From SAR202 cluster bacterium (GTDB taxonomy: Bacteria; Chloroflexota; Dehalococcoidia; Lucifugimonadales; UBA826), in assembly GCA_008373095.1 (NCBI GenBank), contig RQOP01000036.1, forward strand, positions 12,725 to 76,724: a stretch of DNA of 64,000 nucleotides. The letters are read 5' to 3'. Made by a program: the position numbers and the translations under genes. Positions within the stretch are counted from its first letter, which is position 1. Each line of letters begins with the position of its first letter. The notes under the pieces are model-generated. The model did not search any database and was not told the DNA's origin. It saw only the letters and a program-made list of their open reading frames with translations. Below are positions 1 through 8,714 of this stretch, in pieces.

Positions 1-959
1 GATATAACCACAGTGTCACCTCTTTGGATCTGCACGTCGTTATGCCGCATAGTAGAAATCAATCCCATTGCCGAGTTAACTTCTCCCTGGGCCCCAGTTG
101 TTATTAGTACAATTTCATCGTCATTCAAATTTGTCGATTCTTTCAAACTAATTACAGTGCTTTTTGGGTCAAGAACGTAACCTGCATCCAATGCAAAATT
201 AAGATTTCTTATCATGCTGCGACCTACCACAACTACTTTTCGATTTAATTTAGAGGAAATGTTTATAACCTGCTGGACTCGAGACAATAATGAAGAAAAT
301 GTTGCAATTAATACTCTACCTTGAGCATTTTTAATAATCACTTCTAGATTTGCGTTTAAAACGGATTCTGAATCCGTGTACCCTGGTTTTTCAGCGTAGG
401 TGGAATCTGAGCATAATATTAGATTCTTTTTGGAAGATAGGCTTGACAGATATTTTGTATTTATAGGATCCCCAATAGTTGGCTTATCGTCAAATTTAAA
501 ATCCCCCGTATGAACTAATGAAGCCACTTCTGTTTTAATTAAGATGCCTGCTGAATCTGGAATTGAATGACAGACTGGAAAGAATTGGAATTCAAATTCA
601 CCTAATTTATAGGACTCGTAAAAATTGACTCTAAATAAGTTATGCCTGTTTTTCCCCCCCAGTTTGAAATCTATAAAATTCTTCGTTAGAGGAGTCGAAT
701 ATACGGGTACTTGGAATTGATTTAAAAAATATGGAAGTCCTCCTATGTGATCCTCGTGGCCATGTGTGATCAAGACTGCTTGGATCATGTCTTTTTTGTC
801 TGACAAATATTTGGTGTCAGCTACTCCGAAACCAGGGGTTGTATTTATTTCAGAAGGGAAAGCGATTCCAGCATCAATTACCAAAATTTGATCGTTGTAT
901 TCAACAACCATCATGTTTTTGCCGATTTCGCCTAGGCCACCTAAAGGTATTATTTTCAT
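1..959 (-). CDS. rnj: Ribonuclease J (partial; N-terminal ~319 aa, C-terminus lies beyond the window edge)
   Basis: Absent from the ORF track because the frame runs off the window. Minus-strand translation from ATG 959..957 reads MKIIPLGGLGEIGKNMMVVEYNDQILVIDAGI... It contains the metallo-beta-lactamase motif ITHGHEDHIGG (about 745..780). The sequence is collinear with the RNase J N-terminal half. Confidence 0.85.
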   Translation of the reverse strand, partial: MKIIPLGGLGEIGKNMMVVEYNDQILVIDAGIAFPSEINTTPGFGVADTKYLSDKKDMIQAVLITHGHEDHIGGLPYFLNQFQVPVYSTPLTKNFIDFKLGGKNRHNLFRVNFYESYKLGEFEFQFFPVCHSIPDSAGILIKTEVASLVHTGDFKFDDKPTIGDPINTKYLSSLSSKKNLILCSDSTYAEKPGYTDSESVLNANLEVIIKNAQGRVLIATFSSLLSRVQQVINISSKLNRKVVVVGRSMIRNLNFALDAGYVLDPKSTVISLKESTNLNDDEIVLITTGAQGEVNSAMGLISTMRHNDVQIQRGDTVVI

Positions 960-978
960 TGGAAGGTTGTTCAATATG

Positions 979-1602
979 CTATTCAAATAAATTTAATTGG
1001 GTGTTTGGCTGCGTTTGAATGTTAGATAAACTTGTATTGTCTTTTTCCGCCAGCAGAGTAGTAATTTTCTGGAAATCTTGTATTAATTTTGGCTTTAAGC
1101 TTGGGTTGTATAAAGCTGCGGCCGGATGATAAACGGGAAGAATCTTAATACCTTTCCAATCTCTTACAATCCCTCTTGATTCACTTAGCGTTACTTGTGG
1201 AAAAAATTTGGCAAATGAAAATCGCCCTAAGGTAACTATTACCGATGGGTCAACTAGTGAGATTTGGAGATCGAGATATGGCTGGCACGCAGAAATCTCC
1301 GATAATTGAGGGTCTCTGTTACTAGGAGGTCTGCATTTGAGCATATTTGTGATGTATACCTTGGACCTTTCTATACCTGATCTCATTAATAGTTCATCTA
1401 AAAGGCTTCCTGCTCTTCCTGCAAATGGCTTTCCAGTTTTGTCTTCGTTAGAGCCGGGAGCTTCGCCTATTAGCATGATATTGGCATTGTAATTACCGTC
1501 GCCAGGGACTGTTAGATTCCTTGTTTTTGCCAAATCACATTTTGTACATTGGGAAATGTTAATTTCTAGTTCAGATATTGTGTTTGGTTCGAAATTAGGC
1601 AA
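979..1602 (-). CDS. Uracil-DNA glycosylase, family 4 (Fe-S type)
   Basis: 207-aa ORF. Carries CTKCDL...GEAPGSNEDKTGKPFAGRAGSLLDELL and HPAAALYNP motifs typical of family-4 UDG. Confidence 0.85.
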   Translation of the reverse strand: MPNFEPNTISELEINISQCTKCDLAKTRNLTVPGDGNYNANIMLIGEAPGSNEDKTGKPFAGRAGSLLDELLMRSGIERSKVYITNMLKCRPPSNRDPQLSEISACQPYLDLQISLVDPSVIVTLGRFSFAKFFPQVTLSESRGIVRDWKGIKILPVYHPAAALYNPSLKPKLIQDFQKITTLLAEKDNTSLSNIQTQPNTQLNLFE

Positions 1603-1724
1603 TTGAGTAATTCCATCCGTCGATATTTTGAAGCGCCTCTTATGTTAACTTATATATTAAATACATTGGTGTAGTTAAAGTCAGATTTGGAAAGTCGCCT
1701 CATTGCTTTACTAATTATATTCAT

Positions 1725-2576
1725 ATGAAAAAATCAGGAATACTTGGGTACCCGTTAGGCCATTCTATATCGCCTTATTTTCAAAACGCAGCTTTTATAA
1801 ATTTAGGAATAGAAGCTACATATGAAGCTTGGCCCGTTGATCCTGTTCAACTACCTAAAAGAATTCAAGCTCTAAGGGAACCAGATGTTATGGGTGCCAA
1901 TGTAACCATCCCATACAAAGAGTTAGTGATACCTCTGCTGGATGAAATAGATGATTGGGCACTAAAAATTGGTTCAGTGAACACCATAGTTAACCAATCT
2001 GGGATTTTGGTCGGCTACAACACTGATGCCACGGGATTTCTCAGAGCGATCTCAGAATATGGAAACTATGAGCCATCTGGGAAGGATGTTTTATTGATAG
2101 GTGCCGGAGGCGCTGCTAGAGCTGCGGCACACGCGTTTATGGAATCAAAGGTAAATACCCTGTGGATAGCTAATAGGACTTATGATAGAGCAAAGCGATT
2201 GGCTGACGAATTTTTGGAGAATGGAAAGGTTAAACCAATAGGGTTGGATGACCCAGAGTTTAGAAAATCTGCATCTTCAGTATCTTTAATTGTTAACTCT
2301 ACATCTTTAGGTATGAAACATACCTTGGATTCTCATATTGATCCGTTGGAAGGGTTTAGTATTGAAAACTCCACTTTGATCAACGATATGGTGTACAACC
2401 CACTTGATACTCCCATGTTGATAAATGCAAAAAACAGGGGAGTTAGGACATTAAGTGGGTTGCCTATGCTTGTTTTGCAAGGAGCTGCATCTTTTGAACT
2501 CTGGACTAGTAAGCAGGCTCCAGTTGACGTTATGTTTTCTTCCGCTCGGAAAGCATTGATAGCTCAATCTGACTGA
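1725..2576 (+). CDS. aroE: Shikimate 5-dehydrogenase
   Basis: 283-aa ORF. Motifs: GYPLGHSISP, NVTIPYKE, NTDATGF and NAD(P) loop GAGGAARAA. Ends in TGA 2574..2576 and overlaps the mutS 3' end by 13 nt (convergent). Confidence 0.9.
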   Translation: MKKSGILGYPLGHSISPYFQNAAFINLGIEATYEAWPVDPVQLPKRIQALREPDVMGANVTIPYKELVIPLLDEIDDWALKIGSVNTIVNQSGILVGYNTDATGFLRAISEYGNYEPSGKDVLLIGAGGAARAAAHAFMESKVNTLWIANRTYDRAKRLADEFLENGKVKPIGLDDPEFRKSASSVSLIVNSTSLGMKHTLDSHIDPLEGFSIENSTLINDMVYNPLDTPMLINAKNRGVRTLSGLPMLVLQGAASFELWTSKQAPVDVMFSSARKALIAQSD

Positions 2577-5155
2577 GCAGCTTGATCCTTTAAGGATTGT
2601 AGTTTTATCAATGCCTCCAAAGGAGTCATGTCATCCACATTGATATTCGCTAGTTCTTCATGAAGCCAACTTTTGTTTGAAAACATTTGAGTCTGGAATG
2701 ATTTCTCAACTTTTTCGCCCAATATGGAATTACGTGAGTATTTGTCATTTTCCAACATAGTAAGTATTTCCCGAGCTCTTGACACAATTTTAAGGGGGAG
2801 ACCAGCTAATTTGGCTACGTGTATTCCGTAACTTTTATCCGCCCCTCCTGGTATTAATTGCCTTAAGAAAGTCACTTCTCCATTTACATCAGAAATGGAT
2901 ACGTGCAAATTAGTTATCCTTTTTAAATAGTTAGATAATTCAGTCATTTCATGATAATGGGTGGCGAAAAGGGTTTTGCAACTTACAGAGTTTTCTTCAT
3001 GAATAAACTCTGCAACGGCTTGAGCAATTGCCAATCCATCATAGGTACTCGTACCGCGTCCTATCTCGTCTAATATGATCAAAGATTTACTTGTTGCCTG
3101 GTTCAATATGTATGCTGTTTCCAACATTTCGACCATAAAAGTTGACTGACCTTTAGTCAAATCGTCCTGAAGGCCAACTCTAGTAAATATCCTATCCACG
3201 ATCCCGATTGTGGCTGATTCAGCTGGGATAAAGCTACCAATCTGTGCTAGTAAGGTTAAGATTCCTACCTGTCTAAGATAGGTTGATTTACCAGACATAT
3301 TAGGACCCGTTATTAGTAATATTTGGTCTTTTGTATTCGACAGATTCGCGTCATTGGGTACAAATTCTCCAGGGCCAACAATTTGTTCTATAACAGGATG
3401 TCTGCCGGATTTGATGTCAATGGTGTCGGAATCATTAAGGTAAGGCTTGATATAGTTTCGTTCTGTGGCAACTTTTGCCATTGAATAAAAGACGTCCATT
3501 AAGGAGATAGCATAGGAAGTTTTTAGTAATGACTCTAGATGAGAAGATATATCTATACAAATTTGGTCAAACAGTTTTTTTTCGGTGTCTTCTATTTTGG
3601 AATTTGTGCTAAGTATGATCGATTCATACTCTTTGATTTCTGGTGTGACGTATCTTTCTCCACCAACCAGAGTCTGTCGCCGTATATAGTGTGGAGGTAC
3701 CTGGTCAATGTAGGATTTGCTAACCTCAATGTAATATCCAAAAACTCTGTTGTAACCAATTTTTAATGATTTGATGCCTGTTTTTTCCTTCTCACGGGAT
3801 TCTATGTTCGCCATTTTAATTTTGGCTTTAGATGATTCCGTTTTCAGAGAATCCAATGTCTTTGAAAAACCGGGTTTGATTGTTTTTCCTTCTCCCACTA
3901 ATGCTGGTGTTTGCAATTCGATGGAATTTTTTATCAATTCGTATGTTTCAGTGTTATCACTAAATTCGTCCATCACCCATGCAATGTCATGCACGTCATT
4001 ACTTTGTGAAGCTAGATTAATAAGATCAGGAACCATTTCTAAACTGTTTCCTAATCCTACCAAGTCCCTTGGCCCAGCAGTTCTCATTTTTATCTTGGTG
4101 GTCAAGCGTTCAATGTCAGAAATATTTTTTAGAAGCGCTGATATTTCACCTTGTCGTACTGATCCTCGCATGAACCATTCAACGGCCTTTTGTCTATTCT
4201 GGAGTAAGGCTAAATCTAATAACGGTTGACCCAACCATTTGCGGAGCAATCTTCCTCCCATTGGGGTCTCGGTTTTATCCAATATTGAAAACAGCGATGA
4301 CTCTTGAGATTCGTTTCTCCCAGTAGCAAAAATTTCCAGATTCCGACTTGTTTGATGGTCAAGGGCCATAAATGGTTTTGTGGAATAGGTCCTCAAAGTA
4401 GGAATGCTTTCTAGGGCTAAAATTTGATGTTTCTTTAAATATTCAATTATTTGGGCTGCAGCTTGAGTCGCTAAAGATAGGTCTTTGCAACCGAAGGCTT
4501 CTAGAGAAGCAACTTCAAAATTTTGTTTGATTATTTTTTCAGAATTGGATCTTGTGAAAAAACCTTTATCCAGCAAAGTCACATAAACATCAATGCGGCT
4601 CAGGAATTGTTCTGGCAATGGCTCCGATACTATTAATTCTGTGGGATTTATTCTATTTATTTCTGCTGCTAACTCATCAATTGGTAGTTCTGTGGTTAGG
4701 AACTCCGTAGTGGTTATATCGACATATGAAATTCCAGCATACTTATCCTGCATCACGACAGAAACCAAATAATTATTTAAGTTCCTCTCTAGAAGTTGAT
4801 CTTCCACAACGGTGCCGGGTGTCACGATTCGAACAACTTCTCTATCGACAATTCCTTTAGACTCACTTGGGTCGCTAGTTTGTTCACAAATAGCGATGCG
4901 GTGACCCTTTGAAATCAGCTTAGATAGATATCCATCAAGTGAATGATATGGGATGCCAGCCAGCGGTATTTTTTCTCCCTTTCCCATTTCTCGAGAGGTC
5001 AGAGCTATTTCAAGATCCTTTGCTACCACTTTGGCATCATCATCAAAAGTTTCGTAGAAATCGCCCATTCTGAACAGCAAAATATCGTTAGGGTGATTTG
5101 ATTTAATATCCAAATATTGTTGTCGAGCTGGGGTCGCCATTAAGCATAGGTCCAA
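2564..5155 (-). CDS. mutS: DNA mismatch repair protein MutS
   Basis: 863-aa ORF. Motifs: mismatch-binding FRMGDFYETF, Walker A GPNMSGKST and DEIGRGTSTYDG. Codon 5155..5153 is TTG. The first ATG is at 5140 (MATPARQQYL...) and is the more likely start. Confidence 0.95.
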   Translation of the reverse strand: MDLCLMATPARQQYLDIKSNHPNDILLFRMGDFYETFDDDAKVVAKDLEIALTSREMGKGEKIPLAGIPYHSLDGYLSKLISKGHRIAICEQTSDPSESKGIVDREVVRIVTPGTVVEDQLLERNLNNYLVSVVMQDKYAGISYVDITTTEFLTTELPIDELAAEINRINPTELIVSEPLPEQFLSRIDVYVTLLDKGFFTRSNSEKIIKQNFEVASLEAFGCKDLSLATQAAAQIIEYLKKHQILALESIPTLRTYSTKPFMALDHQTSRNLEIFATGRNESQESSLFSILDKTETPMGGRLLRKWLGQPLLDLALLQNRQKAVEWFMRGSVRQGEISALLKNISDIERLTTKIKMRTAGPRDLVGLGNSLEMVPDLINLASQSNDVHDIAWVMDEFSDNTETYELIKNSIELQTPALVGEGKTIKPGFSKTLDSLKTESSKAKIKMANIESREKEKTGIKSLKIGYNRVFGYYIEVSKSYIDQVPPHYIRRQTLVGGERYVTPEIKEYESIILSTNSKIEDTEKKLFDQICIDISSHLESLLKTSYAISLMDVFYSMAKVATERNYIKPYLNDSDTIDIKSGRHPVIEQIVGPGEFVPNDANLSNTKDQILLITGPNMSGKSTYLRQVGILTLLAQIGSFIPAESATIGIVDRIFTRVGLQDDLTKGQSTFMVEMLETAYILNQATSKSLIILDEIGRGTSTYDGLAIAQAVAEFIHEENSVSCKTLFATHYHEMTELSNYLKRITNLHVSISDVNGEVTFLRQLIPGGADKSYGIHVAKLAGLPLKIVSRAREILTMLENDKYSRNSILGEKVEKSFQTQMFSNKSWLHEELANINVDDMTPLEALIKLQSLKDQAAQSD

Positions 5156-5193
5156 AACGTGATTAATAGCATTGTAACCAAAATAGAAAAGTA

Positions 5194-5221
5194 ATTGTAT
5201 TTACATGTTTAAAAATACAAT
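5194..5221 (-). terminator. Weak AT-rich hairpin downstream of the Fpr-like gene (possible intrinsic terminator)
   Basis: 9-bp inverted repeat ATTGTATTT / AAATACAAT (5194..5202 and 5213..5221) with a 10-nt loop. On the minus strand it is followed by the U-rich tract UACUUUUCUAUUUU. The stem has almost no GC. Confidence 0.35.
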
Positions 5222-5244
5222 TTGATAATTGGTATTAAATAAAA

Positions 5245-5994
5245 TTAATCGTCTTTCCAGAATCGCTCTTCAAGAAATTCATATCCGTCGACAGTTACTT
5301 TTTCCTTTACGTCCTCAATCATGCCTGGATGCCCACATGCGTAGATCATAGTGTCTTCGTTGGTTAAATTGAACTCGTCAAGTTTATCTTTGACTATGTT
5401 ATTCACCCTACCGGTATCTCCAGACCAGGTAGAATTTTTGGCTTCACCAGGACGGCTGATCGTTGGTACAAAGGTGACGAGAGAAGGATTTTCCTCACTT
5501 AAGTTTTCAAATTCCTTATCGTAAACAAATTCATCTGTATAACTGGCTCCTTCTAGTACGTAGAAATGATGGCCACTTTTACCATGTTCAATATAATCCC
5601 TGAGGAAACTGACATAGGGAACGACTCCTGTTACCGTCGAAACTAGAAATTGATTTTTCATCTCATCCTTGAACGTGAATATTCCTTTAGCACGAGGACG
5701 TATTGTTACTTTGTCCCCTTCATGAAGGTCCCATAGCATTGGTGTAAGTACACCGCCTTCAGCAACGGGGACTAGCTCTATGAAAAGTTCTATTAGTTCT
5801 TCATGAGGTGCGGATGCTATTGAATAGGCTCTTTCAACACCGTCATGCCCTATCGTGCAATATTGACCTGGTTTGAAGGTGTAGTCTTCAGGTTTTTCAA
5901 GCCACATTAAAGATAAATCTTCAGTTTGATCTTCTCTCCGAACTATTTTAATTTCTTGTAATGGCGCTTTTTGAGGGAATTTTCTAGTTGTCAT
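5245..5994 (-). CDS. Ferredoxin/flavodoxin-NADP+ reductase-like flavoprotein (Fpr type)
   Basis: 249-aa ORF, collinear with E. coli Fpr-type FNR. Motifs: FAD-binding RAYSIAS, a TGVVP NAD(P) segment and C-terminal CGHPGM. Lies 32 nt downstream of the NuoG-like gene on the same strand. Confidence 0.75.
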   Translation of the reverse strand: MTTRKFPQKAPLQEIKIVRREDQTEDLSLMWLEKPEDYTFKPGQYCTIGHDGVERAYSIASAPHEELIELFIELVPVAEGGVLTPMLWDLHEGDKVTIRPRAKGIFTFKDEMKNQFLVSTVTGVVPYVSFLRDYIEHGKSGHHFYVLEGASYTDEFVYDKEFENLSEENPSLVTFVPTISRPGEAKNSTWSGDTGRVNNIVKDKLDEFNLTNEDTMIYACGHPGMIEDVKEKVTVDGYEFLEERFWKDD

Positions 5995-6026
5995 ATTTAC
6001 TCCTGTCTTTCTCTATAGGGTCTCAC

Positions 6027-8714
6027 TTAAACTTTTTCGACCCTCACTTTACAAAGTCTGAGATTTTCAATTTTAGACATAGGATCTGGCTCTGTACTTT
6101 TATTAAGAGATTCTATTAAGGAACCAAATAGAGTGGTGGTGGCCACCATTCCTGAATGTAGACCATTGAGATGAGCATTGCCGATTAGTTCAAAGTTTTC
6201 CCCCAATATTTTAACTGCATCGCCCTCTGAAATACCTGCTTGCTCAGCATCCCCACTATTCATTTCAATGACTTCAGTTCTTGTTATGCTGTTTTGATCA
6301 TTCTCAGTCACAATGCCTGCGTCTCTATCAGCGTCGAACAAAACTCTGCCCGGCGCAAAGATTAGGGGATATTGTTCATTGACCTCAATTCCCTCATTTT
6401 GGGTGAATTCAAGAGGTGACAAAAGGTAGTCTTTTTGGGGTTCAATTTTTCTCATCTGTCCTGCCGTTCCAAGTTTTTCAACCCGAATATTTTTGTAGGA
6501 CTCTACTTCTCCAGTTATCTCTGTCAGAATCTCGTCAGAGGAAGAATAGGAAAGTTCATTTGATCCCAATCTTCCTGCCAGTTGGGACAATATTCTCCAA
6601 TCTTCATCCTCATCTCCGGCAGGTCCTATAGCTGCTCTGAGCCTGTGAACTCTCCCTTCCATATTTGTGTAAGTGCCTTTTTTTTCTGCGAAGACGGCTG
6701 AAGGTAGGACAACATCTGCCATTTTTGTTATGTCGCTTTCGAAACTTTCATGAACGATTAAAAGCTCTAAGCTTTTTATATTTTCCAAAAACTCCTCTCG
6801 ATCTGGGTTGTTGTGGAAAAGTTCATCACCAATCAGGTGCAAAGCTTTTACCTTTCCAGACGAACAGGCGTTTGATATTTCGTCTAGGTTTAAACCTGCA
6901 GCGTCCACAGGTCTGTGCCCAGGTAAAAAGTCGGGGACGCAGCCCATATCTTTTGACCCCTGCTGATTGGCACCACCATAGAGAGGGTATATACCACTAG
7001 ATTTGTTTCCTATATTTCCGGTAACAAGAGCTAGATCTACAAGTGATTTAACGGTGCGATCTACATGCTCTTCAGAGACAGTTTCCAAACCATACAGTAT
7101 TGATGAGGATTCTGATTTCCCAAATAATTGGGCTAACTCAACTATTTCTTCTTGAGGGATTCCAGTTTCAGCACTCACTTTTACTAGGTCAAAGTTCCAG
7201 AGAGAATTGCGAAATTCATCATAGCCCTCACAATGTTCTGTAGCGAAGTCGTGGTCTTCTAACGATTGGTCTAGGATGCTTCGAAGCATCCCACCAATAA
7301 GGTTGGATTCTGAATTAACAAGAGGGCGAATCCATTTTGTAGCATACCGAGTAAGTTCAGTTTCTCTTTGGTCGATGACTATTAGCTTTGCCCCTTTTGC
7401 TATGGCCTGTTTTATGGGTACTGAAGCAACGTTTTGTTCTTCTGTGATGTTGGCTGATACGAGGAGTATCACTTCTGAGTTCAGTAGATTCCATATGGTG
7501 TTGGTAGCAGAGTCGTCACCGATGGAACTTTGTAGAGCTGACACTAACTTAGGTCTTGAATTCGATGAAACATTTATGTTGTTCGACTTCATTACTCTTC
7601 GTACAAATTTTTGAGCGGTATAGTTATCCTCATTAGTTCCTTTTGACGAACTAATTAAGGCATAATCATCGCTTGTATAGCCGCTGAGCTTTTCAGACAG
7701 AAAATCCAAAGCTTCAGGCCAAGTAACTTCTTCGAGGTCTGAATTTCTACGAATCATAGGTTTTTTTAGTTTGTTTTTTTTGTTAACAAAGTCCAACCCG
7801 AATTTTCCTTTGAAACAAGCCATACCCATATTCGCTTCAGCTTGGCGGTTTGGTATAGATCGAACCACCTTATTTCTTTTATTGACATCGAGATCCAATT
7901 GACATCCGACTGGGCAATGAGGGCAGGTGGTTGAGACTTGTTCTACCGCTTTGTCCCATTTATATTCTCTCTCCACAATTGCTCCTGTGGGACAGACATC
8001 TATGCACGCGCCGCAGAATTCGCACCCGGATTCGAGCAGGGAAGTACCTGCTGCTGTACCGATTATGCTTCTACCAGAACGGTCTTTAAGGGTAATGGCA
8101 CTGTCTCCTCTGACCTCGTCACATGCCCTAACACATCTGGAGCATACTATGCATAAGTTCATGTCCATATCCCAAAAAGGATCTTTTACTTCTAACGGGA
8201 GATGCCGATTGTTATATGTGAGAGGAGTGGTAAGCTCCATTTCCATATACCTTACCGTGTCTTTTAATTCGCACCTTTCATTTTTGGGGCAGGTTACACA
8301 TCGGTCGTTAACTGAAACATGACGGAGACAAACATCAGTTGGCCCACAAAGGTCTATTCTGTGACAATTAAGGCAACCATGAGGATGTTCAGATATGAGC
8401 AGTTCCATAATTCCTTTTCGAAGCCCAACGGTATCCTCTGAATTTGTTTCGACTCTCATGCCTTCAGATACTGGGGTTGTGCACGAGGCTGGACTGCCAG
8501 GCAGGGCTCGATAGGTGCCGTCTGGAGTAGGTGATTCTGCCTTTACCACGCACATTCTGCAAGCCCCATAAGGTTTCATTCCCGGGTAGTAGCATAGATA
8601 GGGTATGTACATTCCATTATCCATCGCAGCTTGTATTATCATGCTGCCTGGCTCTGCTTGGACTTCTACTCCGTCTATTGTGAGGTTAACCTTATCTGAC
8701 ATATTACTCTCCAA
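6027..8714 (-). CDS. NuoG/FdsA-like Fe-S + molybdopterin-oxidoreductase-fold subunit (catalytic Cys/Sec absent)
   Basis: 895-aa ORF. N-terminal 2Fe-2S (CYYPGMKPYGACRMC), His-ligated cluster (HPHGCLNCH) and two ferredoxin 4Fe-4S motifs (CIVCSRCVRAC, CEFCGACIDVCP). Also a MopB 4Fe-4S (CPHCPVGC) and GTNEDNYTAQKF. The segment aligned to the FdhF CARV(U/C)H active site reads NVSSNSRPKL (7545..7574). Confidence 0.8.
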   Translation of the reverse strand: MESNMSDKVNLTIDGVEVQAEPGSMIIQAAMDNGMYIPYLCYYPGMKPYGACRMCVVKAESPTPDGTYRALPGSPASCTTPVSEGMRVETNSEDTVGLRKGIMELLISEHPHGCLNCHRIDLCGPTDVCLRHVSVNDRCVTCPKNERCELKDTVRYMEMELTTPLTYNNRHLPLEVKDPFWDMDMNLCIVCSRCVRACDEVRGDSAITLKDRSGRSIIGTAAGTSLLESGCEFCGACIDVCPTGAIVEREYKWDKAVEQVSTTCPHCPVGCQLDLDVNKRNKVVRSIPNRQAEANMGMACFKGKFGLDFVNKKNKLKKPMIRRNSDLEEVTWPEALDFLSEKLSGYTSDDYALISSSKGTNEDNYTAQKFVRRVMKSNNINVSSNSRPKLVSALQSSIGDDSATNTIWNLLNSEVILLVSANITEEQNVASVPIKQAIAKGAKLIVIDQRETELTRYATKWIRPLVNSESNLIGGMLRSILDQSLEDHDFATEHCEGYDEFRNSLWNFDLVKVSAETGIPQEEIVELAQLFGKSESSSILYGLETVSEEHVDRTVKSLVDLALVTGNIGNKSSGIYPLYGGANQQGSKDMGCVPDFLPGHRPVDAAGLNLDEISNACSSGKVKALHLIGDELFHNNPDREEFLENIKSLELLIVHESFESDITKMADVVLPSAVFAEKKGTYTNMEGRVHRLRAAIGPAGDEDEDWRILSQLAGRLGSNELSYSSSDEILTEITGEVESYKNIRVEKLGTAGQMRKIEPQKDYLLSPLEFTQNEGIEVNEQYPLIFAPGRVLFDADRDAGIVTENDQNSITRTEVIEMNSGDAEQAGISEGDAVKILGENFELIGNAHLNGLHSGMVATTTLFGSLIESLNKSTEPDPMSKIENLRLCKVRVEKV

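Noticed and set aside
3539-4229. ORF-track entries antisense to large genes. Examples: 3539..3766 and 3771..4229 in mutS; 6416..8322 in the NuoG-like gene; 9797..10240 in the NuoF-like gene; 24502..25891 in gltD; 26250..30266 in gltB; 44596..45613 in the R3H ATPase; 46147..46566 in pdxT; 50982..51359 in mdh.
   Set aside because: All lie entirely inside strongly supported genes on the opposite strand. They have low-complexity or Ser/Leu/Phe-rich translations typical of antisense frames of AT-rich genes, and none has a recognisable motif or SD.
6027-8714. Calling the 895-aa Fe-S/molybdopterin-fold protein a bona fide formate dehydrogenase alpha subunit (or a selenoprotein FDH).
   Set aside because: The reading frame is uninterrupted, with no in-frame TGA. 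The segment aligning to the FdhF/FdsA active site (CARV-U/C-H) reads VSSNSRPKL (within 7545..7574), with no Cys/Sec-His. I therefore annotate it only as NuoG/FdsA-like.
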